53,227 nt of DNA from Candidatus Micrarchaeota archaeon (GCA_018813505.1 JAHJBM010000069.1:1-53227), one strand, 5' to 3'; shown: positions 19,711 through 28,370, numbered from the stretch's first letter. The notes: a model not told the origin generated them from the letters alone. Program-made: numbers and translations.

Positions 19711-20967
19711 CTACTCAATTGGAATACCTGCACTCGCAGAAGCAGTTTTCAAATGCTCTGCTCTTTTCCCACCACTCGGGAATAGCGAGTTTGGGGTAAC
19801 TGTTTCTTTATCCGAATGTGGATGGCTTATATATGTGTTTCTTCTTGCCATTACTTGATGCCCATGCGTTTGATTATCTGGCGTATTTGTACTTGCGTTG
19901 TTTAGTGTTGATGGTTGTGCTAATTGCTCAGTGATCATATTCATTTTGACAGGGTTATCTGAGGTGTTTGTTTGCATAGTTACATTATCTGCGTTCTTTA
20001 CTATTTCGGTTAATCCGGAATGGCTGTGTCTTCCACATCTTCTATGTCCAACATGCGAATTACTGCTGTTGGTATGCATTGCGCCATGTTTTGTATGGTG
20101 CAAGATTTTTATTACATGGTGCGATGCTCCTGGTTTTTGTATTTCCACCGTTTCATTAGTTTGAATATCGGTTATCATTACAACTATATTTGGGGTGGGT
20201 TGGGTATTGGCTGTCATTATGGCTGCATTTAGAGTTTTTTTTATTAGTATATCAATATTTACAGGTAAAACTTCCTGTGATTGGTTTAATCCTATATCTT
20301 CAATTATTGGAGCAACTTGGCCACGTAGTCCAGGGTTGCTTATTTCAATTCTGTTTGTTGCACTTACCTCATTCAATTGTTGTGTTTGTGGTTGGTGCGT
20401 ATTTTGTGCTGATGTTTCTTCTGTCTTTATTTCGTTCGCTAAATGAACAGAGCCACCATGCCACTTGTCTGGGTGATGGCAATTATGTTTGACTTGAGTT
20501 GTTGTGGATTGTGTGTTCATCACCGTATGGTGGTTTTTTCTCCTTTTTAATAAAACATCTATCAGATTCCCATTAACTATACTAGTAGGATGATTAGATA
20601 ACTCTCTCTCGATCATTGGAGTTGTTTTTCCATGTCGCATAAAAAAATTATGATCTCTTCCATGTGCCGCTCTGTCAGCACCAAGTCCCCTTCTTTTTGT
20701 CTTGCAATAAAGAAATCCACTTCGACCAAATAATGTCATTGGTCCGCCCCACGGAGATCTGAACATGAGATAAGCGGGCAATCTTCTGTATTTTGCATAT
20801 TGTTGGCCTCTATATTTCAATTGTTCTTGGTGTTTGCAAGCCATTCCTGGGGGGTGTGAAGCCATACCTTCGGCTAGTGGTTCGGCATTTGGTTTATTTA
20901 CAACTTCGATAGGGCCTGAAAACTTCGTCGTTACTTTGTTTCCAGTCCTATGACTAAGCCTCGTCAT
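19711..20967 (-). CDS. Orphan low-complexity His/Asn/Thr-rich protein
   Basis: 418-aa ORF. The opposite strand has only short ORFs. TTTTAAATA lies about 25 nt upstream of the ATG (leaderless-type). Confidence 0.55.
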   Translation of the reverse strand: MTRLSHRTGNKVTTKFSGPIEVVNKPNAEPLAEGMASHPPGMACKHQEQLKYRGQQYAKYRRLPAYLMFRSPWGGPMTLFGRSGFLYCKTKRRGLGADRAAHGRDHNFFMRHGKTTPMIERELSNHPTSIVNGNLIDVLLKRRKNHHTVMNTQSTTTQVKHNCHHPDKWHGGSVHLANEIKTEETSAQNTHQPQTQQLNEVSATNRIEISNPGLRGQVAPIIEDIGLNQSQEVLPVNIDILIKKTLNAAIMTANTQPTPNIVVMITDIQTNETVEIQKPGASHHVIKILHHTKHGAMHTNSSNSHVGHRRCGRHSHSGLTEIVKNADNVTMQTNTSDNPVKMNMITEQLAQPSTLNNASTNTPDNQTHGHQVMARRNTYISHPHSDKETVTPNSLFPSGGKRAEHLKTASASAGIPIE

Positions 20968-21044
20968 CTGGGTGAGTAAGTATTAGTTAACTATTTAAAA
21001 GTTCCGAATACCAGTACGTCATCAGTCTTAATGGAGATTAGTGG

Positions 21045-22364
21045 TTAATCATGTTTTGTTAGATATTCTCCACAAAAAAGTAAAAATTCATTTATCCTTT
21101 CAGATGGTATGGCTGCACCGGCAGCTATCTTATGGCCTCCGCCAACTCCCCCGAATTCCAAAGCACTTTTTTTCATCAAATCCCCAAGATTAAGCCCTTT
21201 TGAAATCAAATCTTTTGTGGCGCGAGATGAGATCTTAATTGTGTTTTTATCTCCTGAAGATATCCCAATTATGGGCACTCCCCATTTTTGTCTTAGTGCC
21301 ATCCCGCATATGGTTCCTATAATTCCCTCGTCTATCACATTCCTTGCATCAAGGAAATAAAATTTTCCCAGGTTAAATGCATGTGATGATGCATATTCTA
21401 TCCCGTTCCTGAGCATTTTCCTGTGCAATCTAAGTAGTTCTCTTGCTTCTATATATGCATCCTGGTCTTGAAGACAAACTTTCAGTCCTATATCTGGTCT
21501 TGAATGTCTTCCACAGGCATTGAGAAGGGTGCTGAATTCATTTGCCTCATAAGTCTCGTTCATTGGTCGCTTTGGAAATATGTGGCTTTCACCAATGAGT
21601 TCGTTTGCCTTTTTCAGTTGATTTGCATCAACAAGTATCTTTGCAAGTGCACTTATCAAAAGTGTTTTCTCATCTTTTTTAAGATCAGAATATGTTCTCT
21701 TTTTTCCATTATGCTCAAGTGGTATCCCGAGTTTTTTTAGCATGTCTTCTGCTTTTTCTTCTCTATATGAAATACCTGGTATATATGGAGAATCAGAATA
21801 AGCAAGAAATTGCACTAAGGTCCTGCAATACCTTCCATAAAATGAGATTTCATTTTCAGTCTTAATTTCACCCTCAGTTTCTCCTTCTGCCAGTACAATT
21901 CTATTCATTCCACAAAGAGGCCATTGCATGTCTCCGACAGCACCCACAATTGCAAGATCTGGATGTTCTCTGAAAACCAGATAAGCCGTACCGGATGCGC
22001 TGAGTTCATCGCTTCCATCAATACCATGTAACATTGGATTTGCCTGTGGTTTTTCAATGCCATCGGTCTGGTGATGATCAATGATTATTACATCATTCAA
22101 TTCGTTTACCCGTTTGTTGCCTCCGCCTAAATCAACAAAAACCAATTCCTTCTCGCGCGCGTATTTTTCGATCGCATCATCGTCAAGTTTCTTGATGCAC
22201 TCGTTTCGGTATTTTTTCCCTTTTTTGACAAATGAACTAATAACTATAGCACCAGAACTAAGGCCGTCCGCATCATAATGGTGCACTATCAGCGGATTAT
22301 TGAATGAAAATGCGATTTTTTGGATTTCTTTGCATCTATCGAGAAATACGTTTTCTTCTCCCAT
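21045..22364 (-). CDS. RecJ-like DHH/DHHA1 phosphoesterase
   Basis: HHYDADG, FVDLG, IIDHH, GAVGD, EFSTLLNACGR and GGGHKIAAGA motifs. ATG 22364 chosen over GTG 22373. Confidence 0.92.
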   Translation of the reverse strand: MGEENVFLDRCKEIQKIAFSFNNPLIVHHYDADGLSSGAIVISSFVKKGKKYRNECIKKLDDDAIEKYAREKELVFVDLGGGNKRVNELNDVIIIDHHQTDGIEKPQANPMLHGIDGSDELSASGTAYLVFREHPDLAIVGAVGDMQWPLCGMNRIVLAEGETEGEIKTENEISFYGRYCRTLVQFLAYSDSPYIPGISYREEKAEDMLKKLGIPLEHNGKKRTYSDLKKDEKTLLISALAKILVDANQLKKANELIGESHIFPKRPMNETYEANEFSTLLNACGRHSRPDIGLKVCLQDQDAYIEARELLRLHRKMLRNGIEYASSHAFNLGKFYFLDARNVIDEGIIGTICGMALRQKWGVPIIGISSGDKNTIKISSRATKDLISKGLNLGDLMKKSALEFGGVGGGHKIAAGAAIPSERINEFLLFCGEYLTKHD

Positions 22365-22554
22365 AAACTCCACACAACCGGCTCTGTAAAAATGCCCTCT
22401 TCTGGAGCTTGCCGCACTAGTCTTATATAATACTTACAGACGTGCTTTAGGTGCATATTGTCGAACAACATGCATCAACAGACCATGTTTTCTAAGGATT
22501 TCTACAAGCCACACAACCGATAATTATATAACCAATCTCATTTAATTCTTGGTC

Positions 22555-23037
22555 ATGATTGTCCAAATTATTATGGCGTTGGTTCAGATCTTTATTGCAA
22601 TTGTTTTATCTGCAGGTGCTCTTTACACTGGCATTAGTATGCTTGATCGTCTTACTCCTAATATTGACGAATGGAAGGAAATTAAGAAAGGAAACCTTGC
22701 TGTTGGAGTGTTTTACACTGCAGTTATGGTTTCACTGATAATTCTTGTTGCGCCCTCTATATCTGATCTGTTGGGGTATCTTGTAATGCCTTTACAAGTT
22801 GTTGCTTTGCTATTATCATTTCTGAATTATATTATTACATTAATTATCGGAATCGTGGTCATATATTTTTCGATTCACGTTGTGGACAAACTGACCTATG
22901 ATCTTGATGAGATGGAACAACTGAAAAAAGGAAATGTTGCAATAGCGCTTATCATGTCAGCAGCTGTTCTTGCAATAACATATACGGTTACATTCCCGCT
23001 CTTATATCTGCTCACTCTTCTGAAGTCTGTTTTTTGA
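22555..23037 (+). CDS. DUF350-family membrane protein (duplicated domain)
   Basis: Two copies of D(R/K)LT..xDE..(EI/QL)KKGN(L/V)A(V/I) followed by TM helices. Confidence 0.85.
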   Translation: MIVQIIMALVQIFIAIVLSAGALYTGISMLDRLTPNIDEWKEIKKGNLAVGVFYTAVMVSLIILVAPSISDLLGYLVMPLQVVALLLSFLNYIITLIIGIVVIYFSIHVVDKLTYDLDEMEQLKKGNVAIALIMSAAVLAITYTVTFPLLYLLTLLKSVF

Positions 23038-23854
23038 TTTTTTTCTTTTCTAAATATTCTAGTTTTCCAAACCATTTTTTGGCATCTTCAGGTGTTTCTC
23101 TTGTCTCAAATTTCAAGCTAGATAAGTCTATTAACATCTTTGCATCCTTGATATCCATTATCCTATTTTTCCTGTCAAAACTAAGTCGATAAATCTTTCC
23201 TTGTTTAGCATAAACGAGATCCCCGGAATAATCCCATTCTGCCCAATCTAGTCTACCAAGCGAAATCTTTTCTTGTGAATTGATATCTACTATTCTGTAG
23301 TCTGCCATTTCGTTTATCAGTTCGTACTTGTGATTTTTAACTTGATTTCTCTTTCTTATCGTATATTGATTTTCTATAACCCAACCGTCTCTGACTAATC
23401 TTGATTTATTCTTCTGACTCCAACCACACTCAATCTTAATTTTTTTAGGTATTGAACCTTCTGCAAGTTTCATCTCATTTGGTCTATGGGTTATTATTAC
23501 TATATTTTCGTTTTTGAAAAGTCCTCCACCCCCCCAACAATCTCCCTTTGGCCACAATGCCAATGCTGTTAAAAACGGGGGTCTGCTTACGGCAGTCCAT
23601 GTATCATATTTTCCTTTAAATTTTCCAGCAAAATATAATAGTTTGTCTCCCATGGGTGACAAATCACATGCTTCAGGATATATTCTTCCCTTCAACCATT
23701 GACCAATATAGAATTCATCAGAATTTGTTTTCCAATAAATCAAAAGAACTTGCTTGGATGGACCTCTGCGAAAAATAACTGCTACTGGAACTTTTCTTGC
23801 AAGAATTGCATAAAGACTAACACTTGACTTTGATATGTCTTTTTTTGTTTTCAT
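23012..23854 (-). CDS. Conserved-looking hypothetical protein, Trp/Gly-rich, possibly a beta-propeller
   Basis: VAVIFRRGPS, GQWLKGRIY..CDLSP.G, WTAVSRPP..TALALW and WGGGG. Start moved to ATG 23854 to avoid overlap with proS. Confidence 0.7.
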   Translation of the reverse strand: MKTKKDISKSSVSLYAILARKVPVAVIFRRGPSKQVLLIYWKTNSDEFYIGQWLKGRIYPEACDLSPMGDKLLYFAGKFKGKYDTWTAVSRPPFLTALALWPKGDCWGGGGLFKNENIVIITHRPNEMKLAEGSIPKKIKIECGWSQKNKSRLVRDGWVIENQYTIRKRNQVKNHKYELINEMADYRIVDINSQEKISLGRLDWAEWDYSGDLVYAKQGKIYRLSFDRKNRIMDIKDAKMLIDLSSLKFETRETPEDAKKWFGKLEYLEKKKIKKQTSEE

Positions 23855-23927
23855 TATTTTGTTTTCAACATCTGTTTTTAAAAATCTTTTAACTCTATTG
23901 ATAAACTCTACAATTGAGGTATTATTT

Positions 23928-25370
23928 ATGCAAATTGATAAATCAAACTTTTCAGAATGGTATAATACAATCACCAAGGATGCAGAACTTTGCGATTTGC
24001 GATACGGCATAAAGGGATTCGTTGTATTCATGCCCTGGTCAGTTATGACAATGAACCGGATGTATTCGATGATGGAACAAGCTCTCGAGAAAAAAGGTCA
24101 CGTGCCAGCATTATTTCCAGCTCTTATTCCTGAAAGTTACTTGACAAAGGAAAGCAAGCATGTCGAAGGTTTTGTTCCTGAAGTGATGTGGGTTACGCAG
24201 GCAGGATCAACTGATCTTGAGGAAAGATGTGCCATGAGGCCGACAAGTGAAACTGCAATGTACACCATGTATTCCATGTGGATTCATGGATTGAAGGACC
24301 TTCCGCTCAAGATATATCAAAGGTGTCAGGTCTGGAGATATGAAACAAAGGCAACAAAACCCTTCATAAGAAGTCGCGAATTCTACTGGATAGAAGCACA
24401 TGATTGTTTTGCAACAGAAAAAGATGCAATGAAACAAGTTCGCGAGGATATGGAAACAAGTGAGGAAGTGCTTCATCAACAATATGGAATTCCATTCTTG
24501 TTTTTCAAAAGGCCACAATGGGACAAATTCCCTGGCGCAGTAAATACATTTGCCGCAGACACGCTGATGCCTGATGGTAAGGCATTGCAGTTGCCATCAA
24601 CGCATATGCTTGGGCAGAATTTCTCAAAAGCTTTTGATGTGAAATACAAAGATGAGAAGGGGAATGATGAGTATGTTTGGCAGACGTGTTATGGGCCTGC
24701 AATCTCACGAATCTATGCGGCTCTTATTGCAATGCACGGGGATTCCAATGGTCTTATTATTCCATTTGATCTTGCACCTGTGCAGGTTGTAATAGTTCCG
24801 ATATACCGTGACGACACAAAGAAAGCTGTGCTAAAAGAATGCAAAAAACTTCAGAAAAAACTTTCAAAAGATTTCACAGTAAAGCTTGACGATTCTGACA
24901 ATACTCCTGGATTCAAATTCAATCAATGGGAAATGAAAGGAGTTCCTATTCGTCTTGAGCTTGGCCCAAGAGATCTGGAAAAAGGGCAGGTGGTGCTTGT
25001 CAGAAGGGATACGAAGGAAAAATCATTTGTGAGTCTGAAATCATCAGAACTGAAGAAAATGATACTCAAGACACGAGACTCGATACTAGAAACATTAAAA
25101 TCAAGAGCTGATCAGTGGTTTTCTGACAAGCTTTCATTTGCAGATACTATGGGCGAGCTTGAGAGGAAGACAGAATCGCGCGGGTTTATTCGGGTTCCAT
25201 TCTGTACCGAAGAATTGGATGGAAAGCCATGTGCAGAAGTTTTGAAAGATAAATTTCAAATGAATATGCGAGGTTCATTGTTCGGTACTGATACGCATCC
25301 AAAGGACAAGAAATGCATTGCATGCGGAAAAGATGCTACTGTGTATTTGTATGCTGCGCATCAGTATTAG
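23928..25370 (+). CDS. proS: Prolyl-tRNA synthetase (archaeal/eukaryotic type)
   Basis: FSEWY, RPTSET, WRYETK, REFYWIEAH, THMLGQNFS, GVPIRLELGPRD and C-terminal zinc domain ending in Y. GAGGT SD before ATG 23928. Confidence 0.97.
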   Translation: MQIDKSNFSEWYNTITKDAELCDLRYGIKGFVVFMPWSVMTMNRMYSMMEQALEKKGHVPALFPALIPESYLTKESKHVEGFVPEVMWVTQAGSTDLEERCAMRPTSETAMYTMYSMWIHGLKDLPLKIYQRCQVWRYETKATKPFIRSREFYWIEAHDCFATEKDAMKQVREDMETSEEVLHQQYGIPFLFFKRPQWDKFPGAVNTFAADTLMPDGKALQLPSTHMLGQNFSKAFDVKYKDEKGNDEYVWQTCYGPAISRIYAALIAMHGDSNGLIIPFDLAPVQVVIVPIYRDDTKKAVLKECKKLQKKLSKDFTVKLDDSDNTPGFKFNQWEMKGVPIRLELGPRDLEKGQVVLVRRDTKEKSFVSLKSSELKKMILKTRDSILETLKSRADQWFSDKLSFADTMGELERKTESRGFIRVPFCTEELDGKPCAEVLKDKFQMNMRGSLFGTDTHPKDKKCIACGKDATVYLYAAHQY

Positions 25371-25493
25371 TCTCTGGGTTGTATCTTGCAAAAGCTTCTG
25401 TTAATCTGTCTATTATCTTTTTCTTCTTTTGTTAATAAAAATCAAAAACATCGGATTTATAATAATATTGTGTCAAACTATAACTGATCATGT

Positions 25494-26399
25494 ATGTTAA
25501 AATATACAAAAACTAATCCGAACCTAACTGGTATGTCAGTATCTGGAAAACCCAAAGTTGCAAAAGATTCGAGGCGCGATTTCTTACGTTTTGGTGCTAC
25601 TAGCGTAGGAATTTTTGTATCTGCCACTCTGTTTGGTTGCAGATCTAATCAGCAAAGACCTACAATTCATACAGAGCCAAGAGAATCAGACGGTCCATCT
25701 CCCCGATATACGCGGGTTGAGGATCTGGAAGTTCCGCTTCTTATATTGTCCGGAGATACTGTGCTTAGTGGTGATTTTGATATTGATCGTATTGCCAACA
25801 GGATCAGAGAGAATACTTTGACTGCTGAAGATGTTGGGCATATGATTGCAGCAACGATTGATGCGGCACAAAGATATGATCCTAATTGTAGATGTATAAC
25901 AAGAGCAGATACGCTAAGAGCACAATTTTCTGAGCTTACTATTCTTGCATTTCAAAGACTTGATCAGACACTTAATGAAATCTATGCGCAGTTACCTCGA
26001 GCTGAAAGACGTCCTGTGGAAGGATTCCATTCAGATTCAATCGAACGCATAAGTCACATAATGGAAAAAATCCAACATCGTGAGATTGATCAAGAATTAA
26101 TAGATCTTTTCAATGGAATTTCTGATGATGAATTTCCTGCACTCGGTCAATTCGTTCTTGATGGATTTAGAGATCATCTTAGTAGCGGTACGCCATTAAC
26201 TGATGCCAATCATGAATTGATAACAAATCATTACTGGATGGCATCTACTATGATTGGCCTTCTTCTTGGGAATGAGCCATCATTACCTGAGGCGGTTAAT
26301 ATTGAATTTTTGACTGGTTCGGCAAATAATATCAGGTTGAATGATGCAGATATAAGTCATCGTTTGGTACGTGCGGCGCATTCTGACAAACAAAAATAA
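25494..26399 (+). CDS. Predicted Tat-exported lipoprotein, unknown function
   Basis: SRRDFL twin-arginine motif, hydrophobic stretch, LFGC. Confidence 0.7.
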   Translation: MLKYTKTNPNLTGMSVSGKPKVAKDSRRDFLRFGATSVGIFVSATLFGCRSNQQRPTIHTEPRESDGPSPRYTRVEDLEVPLLILSGDTVLSGDFDIDRIANRIRENTLTAEDVGHMIAATIDAAQRYDPNCRCITRADTLRAQFSELTILAFQRLDQTLNEIYAQLPRAERRPVEGFHSDSIERISHIMEKIQHREIDQELIDLFNGISDDEFPALGQFVLDGFRDHLSSGTPLTDANHELITNHYWMASTMIGLLLGNEPSLPEAVNIEFLTGSANNIRLNDADISHRLVRAAHSDKQK

Positions 26400-26404
26400 G
26401 AATA

Positions 26405-26832
26405 TAGCCCCGACCGGATAAACGTTGCGTTTCGAGTTTCCAATTGAAACGATATTTCGTTTCAATGGATGTCATGGTCGACGATTCGACCATGAGCATG
26501 TTCGTAATCGAAACGTCGATTACGACACCATTGAAGCAAGCTTCAATCGGTTCAGTTTCCGGTTTCGTGTCATGAAACACGAGACCTCAAGAACTAAACT
26601 CAAGACCCTAAACGCAATTTCGAACCGGTGTCACAGGATATCTTCAGACCTTTTGATTTCCTCAAGGCTTTTCGCGGGTGTGTTGCCCTAAGTTCTCAGA
26701 GGTCAAAAGGCCCCCAAAGTCCCGTATCCTTGACCAATGTCAAGTCTTTTGACTTTTCTATCTCAGGGCTTTTTAGTGAAGGTTTTTGCCATGAGTTTTT
26801 ATGAGTCAAAAAAGTTCCTAGACGACGGGGCT
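26405..26832 (-). tRNA. tRNA-Gln(TTG), 428-nt gene with three introns: 15/16 (26737-26817, 81 nt), 37/38 (26640-26713, 74 nt) and 59/60 (26419-26618, 200 nt)
   Basis: Spliced sequence: AGCCCCG TC GTCT AGTGGTCAA GGAT A CGGGA CTTTGGA TCCTG TGAC ACCGG TTCGAAT CCGGT CGGGGCT A. A1:U72 is the archaeal Gln signature; G15:C48. BHB at 37/38 (CTTT/GAAG, GGCCTTTTGA/TCAAAAGGTC). The T-loop intron is closed by TTGCGTTT/AAACGCAA. Confidence 0.88.
26443..26586. repeat. Array of five hairpins at about 28-31 nt spacing inside the tRNA-Gln T-loop intron
   Basis: ATTGAAACGA-tatt-TCGTTTCAAT (26443), TCATGGTCGA-cgat-TCGACCATGA (26472), TCGTAATCGA-aacg-TCGATTACGA (26502), ATTGAAG-caag-CTTCAAT (26530), GGTTTCGTGT-catgaa-ACACGAGACC (26561). 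Confidence 0.9.
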
Positions 26833-26983
26833 ATATATATTTTCTAAGCTAGCCAGTTGGCTACTTAGTTTCAAGTTTTCAGTTCAGGGTTTTAAGTTCC
26901 GAACTGAGTATTCTTTAAGTGTCCATAATAATATAAAAACACTTCTCTCTAAACAGAAAACACCAAACACATAACATTATCCT

Positions 26984-27214
26984 GGGCCCGTAGTCGAAAC
27001 TTTTTTGGGATGCCTAAAAAGTTTCATCAAAAAGGCATCAATTTCGACAATGGTTAAGATGTCCGCCTCACAGAAACTTTTTAGTAAAAAGTTTCCAATT
27101 GAAATGCGCACATTTCAATGGACCATTGAAACATTAGTTTCAATTGGTCATCAAAAACCTGCTGAAAAGTTTTGCGAACGCGGAAGATTCGCGGTTCAAT
27201 TCCGCGCGGGCCCA
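26984..27214 (+). tRNA. tRNA-Val(CAC) with two introns: 15/16 (26999-27050, 52 nt) and 37/38 (27073-27178, 106 nt)
   Basis: Spliced sequence: GGGCCCG TA GTCG AATGGTTA AGAT G TCCGC CTCACAC GCGGA AGATT CGCGG TTCAATT CCGCG CGGGCCC A. GTCG/CGAC central helix at 15/16; A15:U48. Divergent from tRNA-Gln. Confidence 0.9.
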
Positions 27215-27225
27215 AAAATTCCTTT

Positions 27226-27420
27226 GTTTACAGTTTCCGGTCTTGGGTTTTGCCGGCTGGATTTTTGGGACAACAAAGTTCTTTTGTTGAACTTTGTGCG
27301 CCTTGTTCGAAGTATCGAACAAGTGCGAGAAGTGAAATTTCGAGAGAAATTTCACAACTGCCCAATTTTCTATTTAAAGTTTCGGGTTTAGAGTTTCGAG
27401 TTGTGAGTTTCAGAATTTAG
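27226..27420. repeat. Intergenic three-hairpin array (29-30 nt period) flanked by 7-nt-periodic tracts
   Basis: ACAAAGTTC-N7-GAACTTTGT (27273), CTTGTTCGA-agta-TCGAACAAG (27302), GTGAAATTTC-gaga-GAAATTTCAC (27332). Flanks are GTTTACA GTTTCCG GTCTTGG GTTTTGC and GTTTCGG GTTTAGA GTTTCGA GTTGTGA GTTTCAG. Confidence 0.85.
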
Positions 27421-27449
27421 CTCTACCTGTCCATCGTATTTATATATTA

Positions 27450-28370
27450 ATGAGGGAAATTGTCATTGATATGAAAATGAACTCCGCTAGTGAAGCATTA
27501 GCTCAGTCCATCACTTCTTCATCTAGTAAACAGGCCAATTTCATCGCTAGTCTATTAGTGGACAAACCGCTTATTAGTGATTTTTATCGAGCATATGCCT
27601 ATTTTCGTTGGGCTGATGATGTAATCGATGACCAATGTCAATCAGTTGAAGAACGCCGTTCTTTCATTAAGGGACAAAAGAACTTGATTGATAGTCTTTA
27701 CCTTGGAGAAAAACCCAATTTTCTGCCTGAAGAAGAGATGGTGGTTGATCTTATTAGAAATGGTCGTGGTGAAAGTAATTTACTTCAATCGTACATTTAC
27801 AATCTTTTATCTATTCTTGAATTCGATGCAGGACGCGGTGGCAAATTAGTCAGTGAGCAAGAACTTATTCAATACTCCAATTATATTGGAAAAGGTGTCA
27901 CAGATCTTTTGTTATATTGCATAGGTAATGATTATTCGTATCCATCTAGTGAAAAACGCTATTTTGCAGCCACTGGTGCTCACATTGTTCACTTGCTTCG
28001 TGATTATGTGGAGGATCTGCCATGCGGTTATATCAATATTCCAAAGGAGTATCTTGATGCCCATGGATTAAATCCAAAAAATATCGAGAACTTGGCCTTC
28101 AGGAACTGGGTTAAAAAACGAGTGAAATTGGCTCGGAAATATTTCCGGGAAGGGAAGAAATATATTGATAAAGTAGATGTTCTGCGTTATAAAATAATGG
28201 CTTACTGTTATTGCTTGCGTTTTGAAACAATCCTTGATACTATTGAAAAAGATAATTATGTTCTACGTGCTGAATACAATAATCGACGAAGTCTTTTAAC
28301 CTGGGTTAAGATGGCTTATGTGGCTCTTAAGGTCACTGCCAAACACTTTAGTGGAGGCAAGAACGCATAG
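27450..28370 (+). CDS. Squalene/phytoene synthase-family (head-to-head prenyltransferase) protein
   Basis: YAYFRWADDVIDD (DDxxD) and HLLRDYVEDLPCGYINIP (second Asp-rich motif). Confidence 0.85.
   Translation: MREIVIDMKMNSASEALAQSITSSSSKQANFIASLLVDKPLISDFYRAYAYFRWADDVIDDQCQSVEERRSFIKGQKNLIDSLYLGEKPNFLPEEEMVVDLIRNGRGESNLLQSYIYNLLSILEFDAGRGGKLVSEQELIQYSNYIGKGVTDLLLYCIGNDYSYPSSEKRYFAATGAHIVHLLRDYVEDLPCGYINIPKEYLDAHGLNPKNIENLAFRNWVKKRVKLARKYFREGKKYIDKVDVLRYKIMAYCYCLRFETILDTIEKDNYVLRAEYNNRRSLLTWVKMAYVALKVTAKHFSGGKNA

Noticed and set aside
23835-24031. Apparent 200-nt head-to-head overlap between proS and the upstream gene
   Set aside because: Disappears when starts are set at ATG 23928 (with SD) and ATG 23854.
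26440-27150. ATTGAAAC/GTTTCAAT words resembling CRISPR repeat termini
   Set aside because: They occur as inverted pairs forming hairpins inside tRNA introns, not as direct repeats separated by spacers. No cas genes are in the window.
26419-27178. Intron-encoded C/D box guide RNA (as in archaeal pre-tRNA-Trp) or homing endonuclease
   Set aside because: No RTGATGA box C paired with a CTGA was found by eye in the long introns, and they are too short for a LAGLIDADG ORF.
26283-27420. ORF-track ORFs 26283-26465, 26332-26580, 26425-26691, 27005-27391, 27140-27355 and 27172-27420
   Set aside because: They overlap tRNA-Gln, tRNA-Val and the palindromic/periodic tracts, and show no protein motifs.
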